From a plasmid: a stretch of DNA of 64,000 bases. The stretch lies in assembly GCF_056746865.1 (NCBI RefSeq), contig NZ_JBWKMP010000004.1. One strand, 5' to 3'. The stretch's first letter is position 1. The number at the start of each line of letters is the position of its first letter. Position numbers and translations under genes: made by a program. The notes beneath the pieces are model-generated. The model did no database searches. It saw only the letters and a list, made by a program, of their open reading frames with translations, and was not told the DNA's origin. This document shows positions 1 to 10,547 of this stretch, piece by piece.

Positions 1-858
1 GTGACTGATCTTCAACAAACTTATTACCGCCAGGTAAAGAACCCGAATCCGGTGTTTACACCCCGTGAAGGTGCCGGAACGCTGAAGTTTTGCGAAAAAC
101 TGATGGAAAAGGCGGTAGGCTTCACCTCCCGTTTTGATTTCGCCATTCATGTGGCACATGCCCGTTCGCGTGGTCTGCGTCGGCGCATGCCACCGGTACT
201 GCGTCGTCGGGCTATTGATGCGCTGCTGCAGGGGCTCTGTTTTCACTATGATCCGCTGGCCAACCGTGTCCAGTGCTCCATCACCACGCTGGCCATTGAG
301 TGTGGACTGGCGACGGAGTCTGATGCCGGAGTACTCTCCATCACCCGTGCCACCCGTGCCCTGACGTCCCTGGCTGAGCTGGGTCTGATTACCTACCAGA
401 CGGAATATGACCCGCTTATTGGTTGCAACATTCCGACCGATATCACGTTCACACCGGCGCTGTTTGCCGCTCTCGATGTGTCTGAGGTGGCGGTGGCTTC
501 CGCACGCCGCAGCCGTGTGGAATGGGAAAACAGACAACGCAAAAAGCAGGGGCTGGATACCCTGGGCATGGATGAACTGATAGCGAAAGCCTGGCGTTTT
601 GTTCGTGAGCGTTTCCGCAGTTACCAGACAGAGCTTAAGTCCCGGGGAATAAAGCGTGCCCGTGCGCGTCGTGATGCGGACAGGGAACGTCAGGATATTA
701 TCACCCTGGTGAAACGGCAGCTGACGCGCGAAATCGCGGAAGGGCGCTTCACTGCCAGTCGTGAGGCGGTAAAACGTGAAGTGGAGCGTCGTGTGAAGGA
801 GCGCATGATTCTGTCACGTAACCGCAATTACAGCCGGCTGGCCACAGCTTCCCCCTGA
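1..858 (+). CDS. repA1: IncFII replication initiator RepA1
   Basis: 285-aa ORF with GTG start at window position 1; sequence ([20 protein letters not shown] ... [14 protein letters not shown]) matches RepFIIA RepA1 from memory. Confidence 0.85.
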   Translation: MTDLQQTYYRQVKNPNPVFTPREGAGTLKFCEKLMEKAVGFTSRFDFAIHVAHARSRGLRRRMPPVLRRRAIDALLQGLCFHYDPLANRVQCSITTLAIECGLATESDAGVLSITRATRALTSLAELGLITYQTEYDPLIGCNIPTDITFTPALFAALDVSEVAVASARRSRVEWENRQRKKQGLDTLGMDELIAKAWRFVRERFRSYQTELKSRGIKRARARRDADRERQDIITLVKRQLTREIAEGRFTASREAVKREVERRVKERMILSRNRNYSRLATASP

Positions 859-859
859 A

Positions 860-1250
860 AGTGACCTCTTCTGAATAATCCGGCCCGAACCGGAGGCATT
901 CGCACGCCTGAAGCCTGCCAGCGAACAAAAAATCAGCACCACATACAAAAAACAACCTCACTATCCACCTTCTGGAGCATCCGGTTCCCCCTGTTTTTAA
1001 TACAAAATGCGCCTCAGCGACGGGGAATTTTGCTTATCCACATTTAACTGCAAGGGACTTCCCCATAAGGTTACAACCGTTCATGTCATAAAGCGCCAGC
1101 CGCCAGTCTTACAGGGTGCAATGTATCTTTTAAACACCTGTTTATATCTCCTTTAAACTACTTAATTACATTCATTTAAAAAGAAAACCTATTCACTGCC
1201 TGTCCTGTGGACAGACAGATATGCACCTCCCACCGCAAGCGGCGGGCCCC
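860..1250. other. putative replication origin region (oriR) downstream of repA1
   Basis: positional inference from R100-type replicon organisation; AT-rich stretch near 1130-1190; not verified by motif search. Confidence 0.3.
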
Positions 1251-1796
1251 GACCGGAGCCACTTTAGTTACAACACACAAAAACAACCTCCAGAAAAACC
1301 CCGGTCCAGCGCAGAACCGAAACCACAAAGCCCCTCCCTCATAACTGAAAAGCGGCCCCGCCCCGGCCCAAAGGGCCGGAACAGAGTCGCTTTTAATTAT
1401 GAATGTTGTAACTACATCTTCATCGCTGTCAGTCTTCTCGCTGGAAGTTCTCAGTACACGCTCGTAAGCGGCCCTCACGGCCCGCTAACGCGGAGATACG
1501 CCCCGACTTCGGGTAAACCCTCGTCGGGACCACTCCGACCGCGCACAGAAGCTCTCTCATGGCTGAAAGCGGGTATGGTCTGGCAGGGCTGGGGATGGGT
1601 AAGGTGAAATCTATCAATCAGTACCGGCTTACGCCGGGCTTCGGCGGTTTTACTCCTGTATCATATGAAACAACAGAGTGCCGCCTTCCATGCCGCTGAT
1701 GCGGCATATCCTGGTAACGATATCTGAATTGTTATACATGTGTATATACGTGGTAATGACAAAAATAGGACAAGTTAAAAATTTACAGGCGATGCA

Positions 1797-2450
1797 ATGA
1801 TTCAAACACGTAATCAATATCTGCAGTTTATGCTGGTTATGCTGGCTGCATGGGGCATTAGTTGGGGAGCCAGATTTGTCATGGAGCAGGCCGTTCTGCT
1901 TTATGGATCAGGAAAAAACTATTTGTTCTTCAGTCATGGTACTGTTCTGATGTACCTGCTGTGTGTTTTCCTGGTATACCGCCGTTGGATAGCTCCGCTA
2001 CCGGTCGTTGGTCAGCTGCGCAACGTTGGCGTACCGTGGCTGGTCGGTGCGATGGCCGTGGTGTATGTCGGTGTATTTCTGCTCGGTAAGGCGCTGGCTC
2101 TGCCTGCTGAGCCATTTATGACGAAACTTTTTGCCGATAAGTCCATACCTGACGTGATCCTGACGTTGCTGACCATCTTTATCCTTGCCCCGTTGAATGA
2201 GGAAACGCTGTTCCGGGGGATTATGCTGAACGTCTTCCGTTCACGGTACTGCTGGACGATGTGGCTGGGGGCGCTGATAACGTCGTTGTTGTTCGTCGCC
2301 GCGCACAGCCAGTATCAGAACCTGCTGACACTGGCAGAACTGTTCCTGGTGGGGTTGATTACATCAGTGGCCAGGATCAGAAGTGGTGGCCTGCTGCTGC
2401 CGGTATTGCTGCATATGGAAGCAACCACGCTGGGTTTACTGTTTGGTTGA
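1797..2450 (+). CDS. CPBP-family intramembrane metalloprotease (CAAX protease-like)
   Basis: 217-aa hydrophobic ORF with EETLFRG motif typical of CPBP/Abi family; common neighbour of pemIK on IncF plasmids. Confidence 0.65.
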   Translation: MIQTRNQYLQFMLVMLAAWGISWGARFVMEQAVLLYGSGKNYLFFSHGTVLMYLLCVFLVYRRWIAPLPVVGQLRNVGVPWLVGAMAVVYVGVFLLGKALALPAEPFMTKLFADKSIPDVILTLLTIFILAPLNEETLFRGIMLNVFRSRYCWTMWLGALITSLLFVAAHSQYQNLLTLAELFLVGLITSVARIRSGGLLLPVLLHMEATTLGLLFG

Positions 2451-2542
2451 AAGTTATATTTTTATTAAACATTGTGCGTTAAAGCCTGGTGTGTTTTTTT
2501 AGTGGATGTTATATTTAAATATAACTTTTATGGAGGTGAAGA

Positions 2543-2800
2543 ATGCATACCACCCGACTGAAGAGGGTTGGCGGCTCAGTTATGCTGACCGTCCCACCGG
2601 CACTGCTGAATGCGCTGTCTCTGGGCACAGATAATGAAGTTGGCATGGTCATTGATAATGGCCGGCTGATTGTTGAGCCGTACAGACGCCCGCAATATTC
2701 ACTGGCTGAGCTACTGGCACAGTGTGATCCGAATGCTGAAATATCAGCTGAAGAACGAGAATGGCTGGATGCACCGGCGACTGGTCAGGAGGAAATCTGA
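2543..2800 (+). CDS. pemI: PemI antitoxin (MazE-like)
   Basis: 85-aa ORF MHTTRLKRVGGSVMLTVPPALL..., stop immediately before pemK start. Confidence 0.9.
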   Translation: MHTTRLKRVGGSVMLTVPPALLNALSLGTDNEVGMVIDNGRLIVEPYRRPQYSLAELLAQCDPNAEISAEEREWLDAPATGQEEI

Positions 2801-2801
2801 C

Positions 2802-3134
2802 ATGGAAAGAGGGGAAATCTGGCTTGTCTCGCTTGATCCTACCGCAGGTCATGAGCAGCAGGGAACGCGGCCGGTGCTGATTGTCACACCGGCGGCCTTT
2901 AATCGCGTGACCCGCCTGCCTGTTGTTGTGCCCGTAACCAGCGGAGGCAATTTTGCCCGCACTGCCGGCTTTGCGGTGTCGTTGGATGGTGTTGGCATAC
3001 GTACCACAGGTGTTGTACGTTGCGATCAACCCCGGACAATTGATATGAAAGCACGGGGCGGAAAACGACTCGAACGGGTTCCGGAGACTATCATGAACGA
3101 AGTTCTTGGCCGCCTGTCCACTATTCTGACTTGA
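2802..3134 (+). CDS. pemK: PemK toxin (MazF-like endoribonuclease)
   Basis: ATG at 2802 gives 110-aa MERGEIWLVSLDPTAGHEQQGTRPVLIV... ; track ORF 2670-3134 contains it in frame. Confidence 0.9.
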   Translation: MERGEIWLVSLDPTAGHEQQGTRPVLIVTPAAFNRVTRLPVVVPVTSGGNFARTAGFAVSLDGVGIRTTGVVRCDQPRTIDMKARGGKRLERVPETIMNEVLGRLSTILT

Positions 3135-3327
3135 ACATGGGGTTTGAGGGGCAACTGGATGAAAACGTACGATTTAGGGCACTAAAACCGCTGTTGTCCC
3201 ACCATTCTGGTGATTCCCAAACGTTATTTGGCTAAAAAGTAGTTTTGATGTGGTTTATTTTCCGAATTCCAAGCGCAGCCCTACTTTCTTGTGCGTATTT
3301 GCGTGTTTTGCGCAGTTTTGAAGTTCC

Positions 3328-3800
3328 GGTGATGCTGCCAACTTACTGATTTAGTGTATGATGGTGTTTTTGAGGTGCTCCAGTGGCTTCTGTTTCTATC
3401 AGCTGTCCCTCCTGTTCAGCTACTGACGGGGTGGTGCGTAACGGCAAAAGCACCGCCGGACATCAGCGCTATCTCTGCTCTCACTGCCGTAAAACATGGC
3501 AACTGCAGTTCACTTACACCGCTTCTCAACCCGGTACGCACCAGAAAATCATTGATATGGCCATGAATGGCGTTGGATGCCGGGCAACCGCCCGCATTAT
3601 GGGCGTTGGCCTCAACACGATTTTCCGCCATTTAAAAAACTCAGGCCGCAGTCGGTAACCTCGCGCATACAGCCGGGCAGTGACGTCATCGTCTGCGCGG
3701 AAATGGACGAACAGTGGGGATACGTCGGGGCTAAATCGCGCCAGCGCTGGCTGTTTTACGCGTATGACAGGCTCCGGAAGACGGTTGTTGCGCACGTATT
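3328..3800 (+). mobile_element. IS1, 5' portion (IRL + insA + start of insB), truncated
   Basis: begins GGTGATGCTGCCAACTTACTGAT (IS1 IRL); InsA ORF 3383-3658; ends where a Tn3-family IR begins at 3801. Confidence 0.85.
3383..3658 (+). CDS. insA: IS1 InsA
   Basis: 91-aa [43 protein letters not shown]... Confidence 0.85.
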   Translation: MASVSISCPSCSATDGVVRNGKSTAGHQRYLCSHCRKTWQLQFTYTASQPGTHQKIIDMAMNGVGCRATARIMGVGLNTIFRHLKNSGRSR

Positions 3801-4392
3801 GGGGTCTGACGCTCAGTGGAACGAAAACTCACGTTAAGCAACGTTTTCTGCCTCTGACGCCTCTTTTAATGGTCTCAGATGTCCTTTGGTCACCAGTTCT
3901 GCCAGCGTGAAGGAATAATGGCCGAGCATATTGATATGTCCGTGGCAAAGCGGGGAGAGGCGTGCGATATCTTCATCATTCAGTGTTTCACCCTGCGCCC
4001 GGAGATGATCCAGGGCTGCCTGCATATAAATAGTGTTCCATAACACGACGGCGTTAGTGACCAGCCCCAGTGCGCCCAGTTGATCTTCCTGACCGTCGGT
4101 ATATCGTTTTCTTATCTCACCTTTTTGACCGTGACAGATGGCTCTGGCAACGGCATGGCGACTTTCTCCCCGATTAAGCTGGGTCAGAATGCGCCGGCGG
4201 TAATCTTCATCATCAATATAATTAAGCAGATACAGCGTTTTGTTGATGCGCCCCACTTCAATGATTGCCTGAGTCAGTCCGGAAGGACGTTCACTTTTCA
4301 GCAATGAACGGACCAGCACTGAAGCCTGTACTTTGCCCAGCTTCAGGGAGCCAGCGGTCCGGATCATTTCGTCCCACTGAAGGACTATTTTT
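3801..4392 (-). mobile_element. Tn2/Tn3-type transposon end: 38-bp IR plus 3' end of tnpA, truncated by IS26
   Basis: GGGGTCTGACGCTCAGTGGAACGAAAACTCACGTTAAG at 3801-3838; minus-strand frame encodes TnpA C-terminus ...LAELVTKGHLRPLKEASEAENVA. Confidence 0.8.
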
Positions 4393-5212
4393 GGCACTGT
4401 TGCAAAGTTAGCGATGAGGCAGCCTTTTGTCTTATTCAAAGGCCTTACATTTCAAAAACTCTGCTTACCAGGCGCATTTCGCCCAGGGGATCACCATAAT
4501 AAAATGCTGAGGCCTGGCCTTTGCGTAGTGCACGCATCACCTCAATACCTTTGATGGTGGCGTAAGCCGTCTTCATGGATTTAAATCCCAGCGTGGCGCC
4601 GATTATCCGTTTCAGTTTGCCATGATCGCATTCAATCACGTTGTTCCGGTACTTAATCTGTCGGTGTTCAACGTCAGACGGGCACCGGCCTTCGCGTTTG
4701 AGCAGAGCAAGCGCGCGACCATAGGCGGGCGCTTTATCCGTGTTGATGAATCGCGGGATCTGCCACTTCTTCACGTTGTTGAGGATTTTACCCAGAAACC
4801 GGTATGCAGCTTTGCTGTTACGACGGGAGGAGAGATAAAAATCGACAGTGCGGCCCCGGCTGTCGACGGCCCGGTACAGATACGCCCAGCGGCCATTGAC
4901 CTTCACGTAGGTTTCATCCATGTGCCACGGGCAAAGATCGGAAGGGTTACGCCAGTACCAGCGCAGCCGTTTTTCCATTTCAGGCGCATAACGCTGAACC
5001 CAGCGGTAAATCGTGGAGTGATCGACATTCACTCCGCGTTCAGCCAGCATCTCCTGCAGCTCACGGTAACTGATGCCGTATTTGCAGTACCAGCGTACGG
5101 CCCACAGAATGATGTCACGCTGAAAATGCCGGCCTTTGAATGGGTTCATGTGCAGCTCCATCAGCAAAAGGGGATGATAAGTTTATCACCACCGACTATT
5201 TGCAACAGTGCC
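4393..5212 (-). mobile_element. IS26 (copy 1, 820 bp)
   Basis: 14-bp terminal IRs GGCACTGTTGCAAA at both ends; internal tnp26. Confidence 0.95.
4445..5149 (-). CDS. tnpA: IS26 transposase Tnp26
   Basis: 234-aa [31 protein letters not shown]... Confidence 0.95.
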   Translation of the reverse strand: MNPFKGRHFQRDIILWAVRWYCKYGISYRELQEMLAERGVNVDHSTIYRWVQRYAPEMEKRLRWYWRNPSDLCPWHMDETYVKVNGRWAYLYRAVDSRGRTVDFYLSSRRNSKAAYRFLGKILNNVKKWQIPRFINTDKAPAYGRALALLKREGRCPSDVEHRQIKYRNNVIECDHGKLKRIIGATLGFKSMKTAYATIKGIEVMRALRKGQASAFYYGDPLGEMRLVSRVFEM

Positions 5213-6297
5213 GCCGGCCCGAGATCATGGGGTGGGTGCTGGGCATCGTTTACCGCGTCATTGCCACGCACCTGGTCAAGAAAGCGGGCCATACCCACCA
5301 AGTGGCCAAGACGGGCGCGGTCACCCTGATCCAGCGTTTTGGATCGGCGCTCAATCTGAATGTTCACTTCCACATGCTGTTTCTCGACGGTGTGTATGTC
5401 GAGCAATCCCACGGCTCAGCGCGTTTCCGCTGGGTCAAGGCGCCGACCAGCCCAGAGCTCACCCAGCTGACGCACACCATCGCCCACCGGGTGGGTCGCT
5501 ATCTGGAACGGCAAGGCCTGCTGGAACGGGATGTCGAAAACAGCTATCTGGCCTCGGATGCGGTGGATGACGACCCGATGACACCCCTGCTGGGGCACTC
5601 GATCACTTACCGTATCGCTGTCGGTTCACAGGCGGGGCGAAAGGTGTTCACTTTGCAAACTCTGCCGACCAGTGGTGATCCGTTCGGTGACGGGATTGGC
5701 AAGGTAGCCGGGTCCAGCCTGCACGCCGGCGTGGCGGCCAGGGCCGATGAACGCAAGAAGCTCGAACGGCTGTGCCGGTACATCAGCCGCCCGGCGGTAT
5801 CCGAGAAGCGGCTGTCGTTAACACGAGGCGGCAACGTGCGCTACCAGCTCAAGACGCCGTACCGGGACGGCACCACGCACGTCATTTTCGAACCATTGGA
5901 TTTCATTGCAAGGCTGGCCGCCCTGGTACCGAAGCCCAGAGTCAACCTAACCCGCTTCCACGGGGTGTTCGCACCCAACAGTCGGCACCGGGCGTTGGTC
6001 ACGCCGGCAAAACGGGGCAGGGGCAACAAGGTCAGGGTGGCTGATGAACCGGCAACACCAGCACAACGGCGAGCGTCGATGACATGGGCGCAACGGCTCA
6101 AGCGTGTTTTCAATATCGACATCGAGACCTGCAGCGGCTGCGGCGGCGCCATGAAAGTCATCGCCTGCATTGAAGACCCTATAGTGATCAAGCAGATCCT
6201 TGATCACCTGAAGCACAAAGCCGAAACCAGCGGGACCAGGGCGTTACCCGAAAGCCGGGCGCCACCGGCTGAGCTGCTCCTGGGTCTGTTTGACTGA
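5213..6297 (+). pseudogene. ISCR2 (IS91-family rolling-circle) transposase, 5'-truncated by IS26
   Basis: frame continues from IS26 boundary; HMLFLDGVYV ... CSGCGGAMKVIACIEDPIVIKQILDHL matches ISCR2 transposase C-terminal portion from memory. Confidence 0.7.
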
Positions 6298-6327
6298 CGA
6301 GCCTGAAGGCCAACGATACCAATCAAA

Positions 6328-7212
6328 ATGCTGCGTTCACAGCGCCGCGGCAGGGATCCGCCGTGCTGGTTGTCGGAAAAGGAGCCGCTAGTGGGAAAGA
6401 GGAGGGTAAATTTTCAGCGTTGCTGGCTCCCCGTCAGCCGGATTGGGTTGCATCGCAGGGGTGTCGAAAGAGTCAACTGCGGTCCAAAGCTGTTGGACTT
6501 GGGTGAAAAGGGCGTTTATTCTTCCTATACGTGCCGCGTTCCAGGCGGCGACTATGAGGGCTATGTCGATGCCCATGTGCGCCGGCTGGAGGCGCTACGC
6601 CGGGCCGGTATCGTCGAGCGGATCGACGCCGACCAATGGCGCATCCCCAATGATCTGGTCAGCCGTGCCGCCGCCCATGACGCCGGCCGAGACAGTCAGG
6701 CCAGCGTTCGCGTCCTTTCCCCGGTCGATCTGAACAAACAGATCGGATCGGACGGCGCGACCTGGCTGGACCGGCGGCTGATCCACGGCGAGACGGCCGA
6801 CCTTGCGCCAACCGGCTTCGGGCAACAAGTCCGCGAAGCCATGGACCAGCGCCGCGAGCACCATATCGAACAGGGCGACGCCACCCGCAGCCGGGACAGC
6901 CGCGTCTTCTACCGGCGCAACCTTCTCGCCATCCTGCGGGAGCGCGAGGTAGCCGGCGTCGGATCGGATATGGCTTTGAGTAAGGGCCTGCCGTTCCGCG
7001 CCGCCACGGACGGCGAGAGCGTCAGCGGCAAGTTTACCGGAACCGTGCATCTATCGAGCGGCAAGTTCGCCGTGGTCGAGAAATCCCATGAGTTCACCCT
7101 TGTCCCGTGGCGGCCGATCATCGACCGCCAACTCGGCCGCGAGGTTATGGGCATCGTGCAGGGCGGGTCGGTGTCGTGGCAGTTAGGGCGGCAGAGGGGG
7201 CTGGAACGCTGA
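6328..7212 (+). CDS. conserved hypothetical protein of the floR module (often annotated as truncated virD2-like)
   Basis: ORF between ISCR2 end and floR, as in known ISCR2-floR contexts; start codon uncertain. Confidence 0.45.
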   Translation: MLRSQRRGRDPPCWLSEKEPLVGKRRVNFQRCWLPVSRIGLHRRGVERVNCGPKLLDLGEKGVYSSYTCRVPGGDYEGYVDAHVRRLEALRRAGIVERIDADQWRIPNDLVSRAAAHDAGRDSQASVRVLSPVDLNKQIGSDGATWLDRRLIHGETADLAPTGFGQQVREAMDQRREHHIEQGDATRSRDSRVFYRRNLLAILREREVAGVGSDMALSKGLPFRAATDGESVSGKFTGTVHLSSGKFAVVEKSHEFTLVPWRPIIDRQLGREVMGIVQGGSVSWQLGRQRGLER

Positions 7213-7428
7213 GTGCGCCCATGCCGCATTGCGAAGCAAAAGATAATCGGATAAAATGTAGCAATTCATATTCGTAAGCGTGGAGTAATCAGATGGGAAA
7301 TTCCAAGTCAGCAGACAAGTAAGCCGCAACAACCAGTATTGTTGTTGCGGCGCTCTGTAAGGCTAGTCTCATCTGATTGCTGACGAGCAGACGTCGCCCG
7401 GTATTCCTTAATCGAGGGTTGATTCGTC

Positions 7429-8643
7429 ATGACCACCACACGCCCCGCGTGGGCCTATACGCTGCCGGCAGCACTGCTGCTGATGGCTCCTTTCGACATC
7501 CTCGCTTCACTGGCGATGGATATTTATCTCCCTGTCGTTCCAGCGATGCCCGGCATCCTGAACACGACGCCCGCTATGATCCAACTCACGTTGAGCCTCT
7601 ATATGGTGATGCTCGGCGTGGGCCAGGTGATTTTTGGTCCGCTCTCAGACAGAATCGGGCGACGGCCAATTCTACTTGCGGGCGCAACGGCTTTCGTCAT
7701 TGCGTCTCTGGGAGCAGCTTGGTCTTCAACTGCACCGGCCTTTGTCGCTTTCCGTCTACTTCAAGCAGTGGGCGCGTCGGCCATGCTGGTGGCGACGTTC
7801 GCGACGGTTCGCGACGTTTATGCCAACCGTCCTGAGGGTGTCGTCATCTACGGCCTTTTCAGTTCGATGCTGGCGTTCGTGCCTGCGCTCGGCCCTATCG
7901 CCGGAACATTGATCGGCGAGTTCTTGGGATGGCAGGCGATATTCATTACTTTGGCTATACTGGCGATGCTCGCACTCCTAAATGCGGGTTTCAGGTGGCA
8001 CGAAACCCGCCCTCTGGATCAAGTCAAGACGCGCCGATCTGTCTTGCCGATCTTCGCGAGTCCGGCTTTTTGGGTTTACACTGTCGGCTTTAGCGCCGGT
8101 ATGGGCACCTACTTCGTCTTCTTCTCGACGGCTCCCCGTGTGCTCATAGGCCAAGCGGAATATTCCGAGATCGGATTCAGCTTTGCCTTCGCCACTGTCG
8201 CGCTTGTAATGATCGTGACAACCCGTTTCGCGAAGTCCTTTGTCGCCAGATGGGGCATCGCAGGATGCGTGGCGCGTGGGATGGCGTTGCTTGTTTGCGG
8301 AGCGGTCCTGTTGGGGATCGGCGAACTTTACGGCTCGCCGTCATTCCTCACCTTCATCCTACCGATGTGGGTTGTCGCGGTCGGTATTGTCTTCACGGTG
8401 TCCGTTACCGCGAACGGCGCTTTGGCAGAGTTCGACGACATCGCGGGATCAGCGGTCGCGTTCTACTTCTGCGTTCAAAGCCTGATAGTCAGCATTGTCG
8501 GGACATTGGCGGTGGCACTTTTAAACGGTGACACAGCGTGGCCCGTGATCTGTTACGCCACGGCGATGGCGGTACTGGTTTCGTTGGGGCTGGTGCTCCT
8601 TCGGCTCCGTGGGGCTGCCACCGAGAAGTCGCCAGTCGTCTAA
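7429..8643 (+). CDS. floR: florfenicol/chloramphenicol efflux MFS transporter FloR
   Basis: 404-aa ORF MTTTRPAWAYTLPAALLLMAPFDILASLAMDIYLPVVPAMPGILNTTPAMIQ... Confidence 0.92.
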   Translation: MTTTRPAWAYTLPAALLLMAPFDILASLAMDIYLPVVPAMPGILNTTPAMIQLTLSLYMVMLGVGQVIFGPLSDRIGRRPILLAGATAFVIASLGAAWSSTAPAFVAFRLLQAVGASAMLVATFATVRDVYANRPEGVVIYGLFSSMLAFVPALGPIAGTLIGEFLGWQAIFITLAILAMLALLNAGFRWHETRPLDQVKTRRSVLPIFASPAFWVYTVGFSAGMGTYFVFFSTAPRVLIGQAEYSEIGFSFAFATVALVMIVTTRFAKSFVARWGIAGCVARGMALLVCGAVLLGIGELYGSPSFLTFILPMWVVAVGIVFTVSVTANGALAEFDDIAGSAVAFYFCVQSLIVSIVGTLAVALLNGDTAWPVICYATAMAVLVSLGLVLLRLRGAATEKSPVV

Positions 8644-8670
8644 CCGACGACTGGTAGCAGGCCCGCTCCG

Positions 8671-8976
8671 ATGCGGCGCACTAACCATCGAAACCTCGTG
8701 AATGTCGGTATCCTGTCTGGCAGGATACCGCTCATTTCCCTTGTTCAGTTCATCGCCGTCGCCGAGCATCTGAATTTTCGGCATGCGGCCAAGGCACTTG
8801 GTATCAGCCAGTCGAGCGTCAGCGCGCGTGTGAAAGCGCTGGAGGATAACCTTGGTGTCCTGCTATTTGAGCGCCATGCGCGGGGCGTTCGGCTAACAGA
8901 CGCAGGCAGGCACTTCATGGAGCGTGTCACGGCGGGTGTCGATCAACTCGATCACGCAGTGAAGACCGCGGAGTGA
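8671..8976 (+). pseudogene. LysR-family regulator, truncated (downstream of floR)
   Basis: 101-aa N-terminal HTH fragment; classical floR-delta-lysR arrangement. Confidence 0.7.
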
Positions 8977-9087
8977 CGGGCACTGGCTGGCAATGTCTAG
9001 CAACGGCAGGCATTTCGGCTGAGGGTAAAAGAACTTTCCGCTAAGCGATAGACTGTATGTAAACACAGTATTGCAAGGACGCGGAAC

Positions 9088-9275
9088 ATGCCTCATGTGG
9101 CGGCCAGGACGGCCAGCCGGGATCGGGATACTGGTCGTTACCAGAGCCACCGACCCGAGCAAACCCTTCTCTATCAGATCGTTGACGAGTATTACCCGGC
9201 ATTCGCTGCGCTTATGGCAGAGCAGGGAAAGGAATTGCCGGGCTATGTGCAACGGGAATTTGAAGAATTTCTCCA
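9088..9275 (+). pseudogene. ISCR2 transposase 5' fragment
   Basis: MPHVAARTASRDRDTGRYQSHRPEQTLLYQIVDEYYPAFAALMAEQGKELPGYVQREFEEF then diverges where the tet(A) module joins. Confidence 0.65.
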
Positions 9276-10442
9276 AAGCCCGCGACGCAGCGCCGGCAGG
9301 CAGAGCAAGTAGAGGGCAGCGCCTGCAATCCATGCCCACCCGTTCCACGTTGTTATAGAAGCCGCATAGATCGCCGTGAAGAGGAGGGGTCCGACGATCG
9401 AGGTCAGGCTGGTGAGCGCCGCCAGTGAGCCTTGCAGCTGCCCCTGACGTTCCTCATCCACCTGCCTGGACAACATTGCTTGCAGCGCCGGCATTCCGAT
9501 GCCACCCGAAGCAAGCAGGACCATGATCGGGAACGCCATCCATCCCCGTGTCGCGAAGGCAAGCAGGATGTAGCCTGTGCCGTCGGCAATCATTCCGAGC
9601 ATGAGTGCCCGCCTTTCGCCGAGCCGGGCGGCTACAGGGCCGGTGATCATTGCCTGGGCGAGTGAATGCAGAATGCCAAATGCGGCAAGCGAAATGCCGA
9701 TCGTGGTCGCGTCCCAGTGAAAGCGATCCTCGCCGAAAATGACCCAAAGCGCGGCCGGCACCTGTCCGACAAGTTGCATGATGAAGAAGACCGCCATCAG
9801 GGCGGCGACGACGGTCATGCCCCGGGCCCACCGGAACGAAGCGAGCGGGTTGAGAGCCTCCCGGCGTAACGGCCGGCGTTCGCCTTTGTGCGACTCCGGC
9901 AAAAGGAAACAGCCCGTCAGGAAATTGAGGCCGTTCAAGGCTGCCGCGGCGAAGAACGGAGCGTGGGGGGAGAAACCGCCCATCAGCCCACCGAGCACAG
10001 GTCCCGCGACCATCCCGAACCCGAAACAGGCGCTCATGAAGCCGAAGTGCCGCGCGCGCTCATCGCCATCAGTGATATCGGCAATATAAGCGCCGGCTAC
10101 CGCCCCAGTCGCCCCGGTGATGCCGGCCACGATCCGCCCGATATAGAGAACCCAAAGGAAAGGCGTCGTCGCCATGATGGCGTAGTCGACAGCAGCGCCG
10201 GCCAGCGAGACGAGCAAGACCGGCCGCCGCCCGAAACGATCCGACAGCGCGCCCAGCACAGGTGCGCAGGCAAATTGCATCAACGCATACAGCGCCAGCA
10301 GAATGCCATAGTGGGCGGTGACGTCGTTCGAGTGAACCAGATCGCGCAGGAGGCCCGGCAGCACCGGCATAATCAGGCCGATGCCGACAGCGTCGAGCGC
10401 GACAGTGCTCAGAATTACGATCAGGGGTCTGTTGGGTTTCAC
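9243..10442 (-). CDS. tet(A): tetracycline efflux MFS transporter Tet(A), altered 3' end
   Basis: GTG-start 399-aa VKPNRPLIVILSTVALDAVGIGLIMPVLPGLLRDL...; C-terminus ends ...RRGLWRNSSNSRCT at the ISCR2 junction. Confidence 0.9.
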   Translation of the reverse strand: MKPNRPLIVILSTVALDAVGIGLIMPVLPGLLRDLVHSNDVTAHYGILLALYALMQFACAPVLGALSDRFGRRPVLLVSLAGAAVDYAIMATTPFLWVLYIGRIVAGITGATGAVAGAYIADITDGDERARHFGFMSACFGFGMVAGPVLGGLMGGFSPHAPFFAAAALNGLNFLTGCFLLPESHKGERRPLRREALNPLASFRWARGMTVVAALMAVFFIMQLVGQVPAALWVIFGEDRFHWDATTIGISLAAFGILHSLAQAMITGPVAARLGERRALMLGMIADGTGYILLAFATRGWMAFPIMVLLASGGIGMPALQAMLSRQVDEERQGQLQGSLAALTSLTSIVGPLLFTAIYAASITTWNGWAWIAGAALYLLCLPALRRGLWRNSSNSRCT

Positions 10443-10547
10443 GTCTGGCCTCCGGACCAGCCTCCGCTGGTCCGATTGAACGCGCGGATTCTTTATCACT
10501 GATAAGTTGGTGGACATATTATGTTTATCAGTGATAAAGTGTCAAGC

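Noticed and set aside
1176-1617. Overlapping 60-130-aa ORFs downstream of repA1
   Set aside because: Lie in the expected origin region; mutually overlapping on both strands with low-complexity translations
4622-5329. 235-aa plus-strand ORF ([13 protein letters not shown]...) and identical copies at 27783-28613, 31328-31930 and 35156-35794
   Set aside because: Antisense frame inside IS26 opposite tnp26; it recurs only because IS26 recurs and reads through the IR into unrelated flanking sequence
9404-10502. Several 60-200-aa ORFs on both strands within tet(A)
   Set aside because: Overlap the well-supported tet(A) frame; typical out-of-frame ORFs in GC-rich sequence
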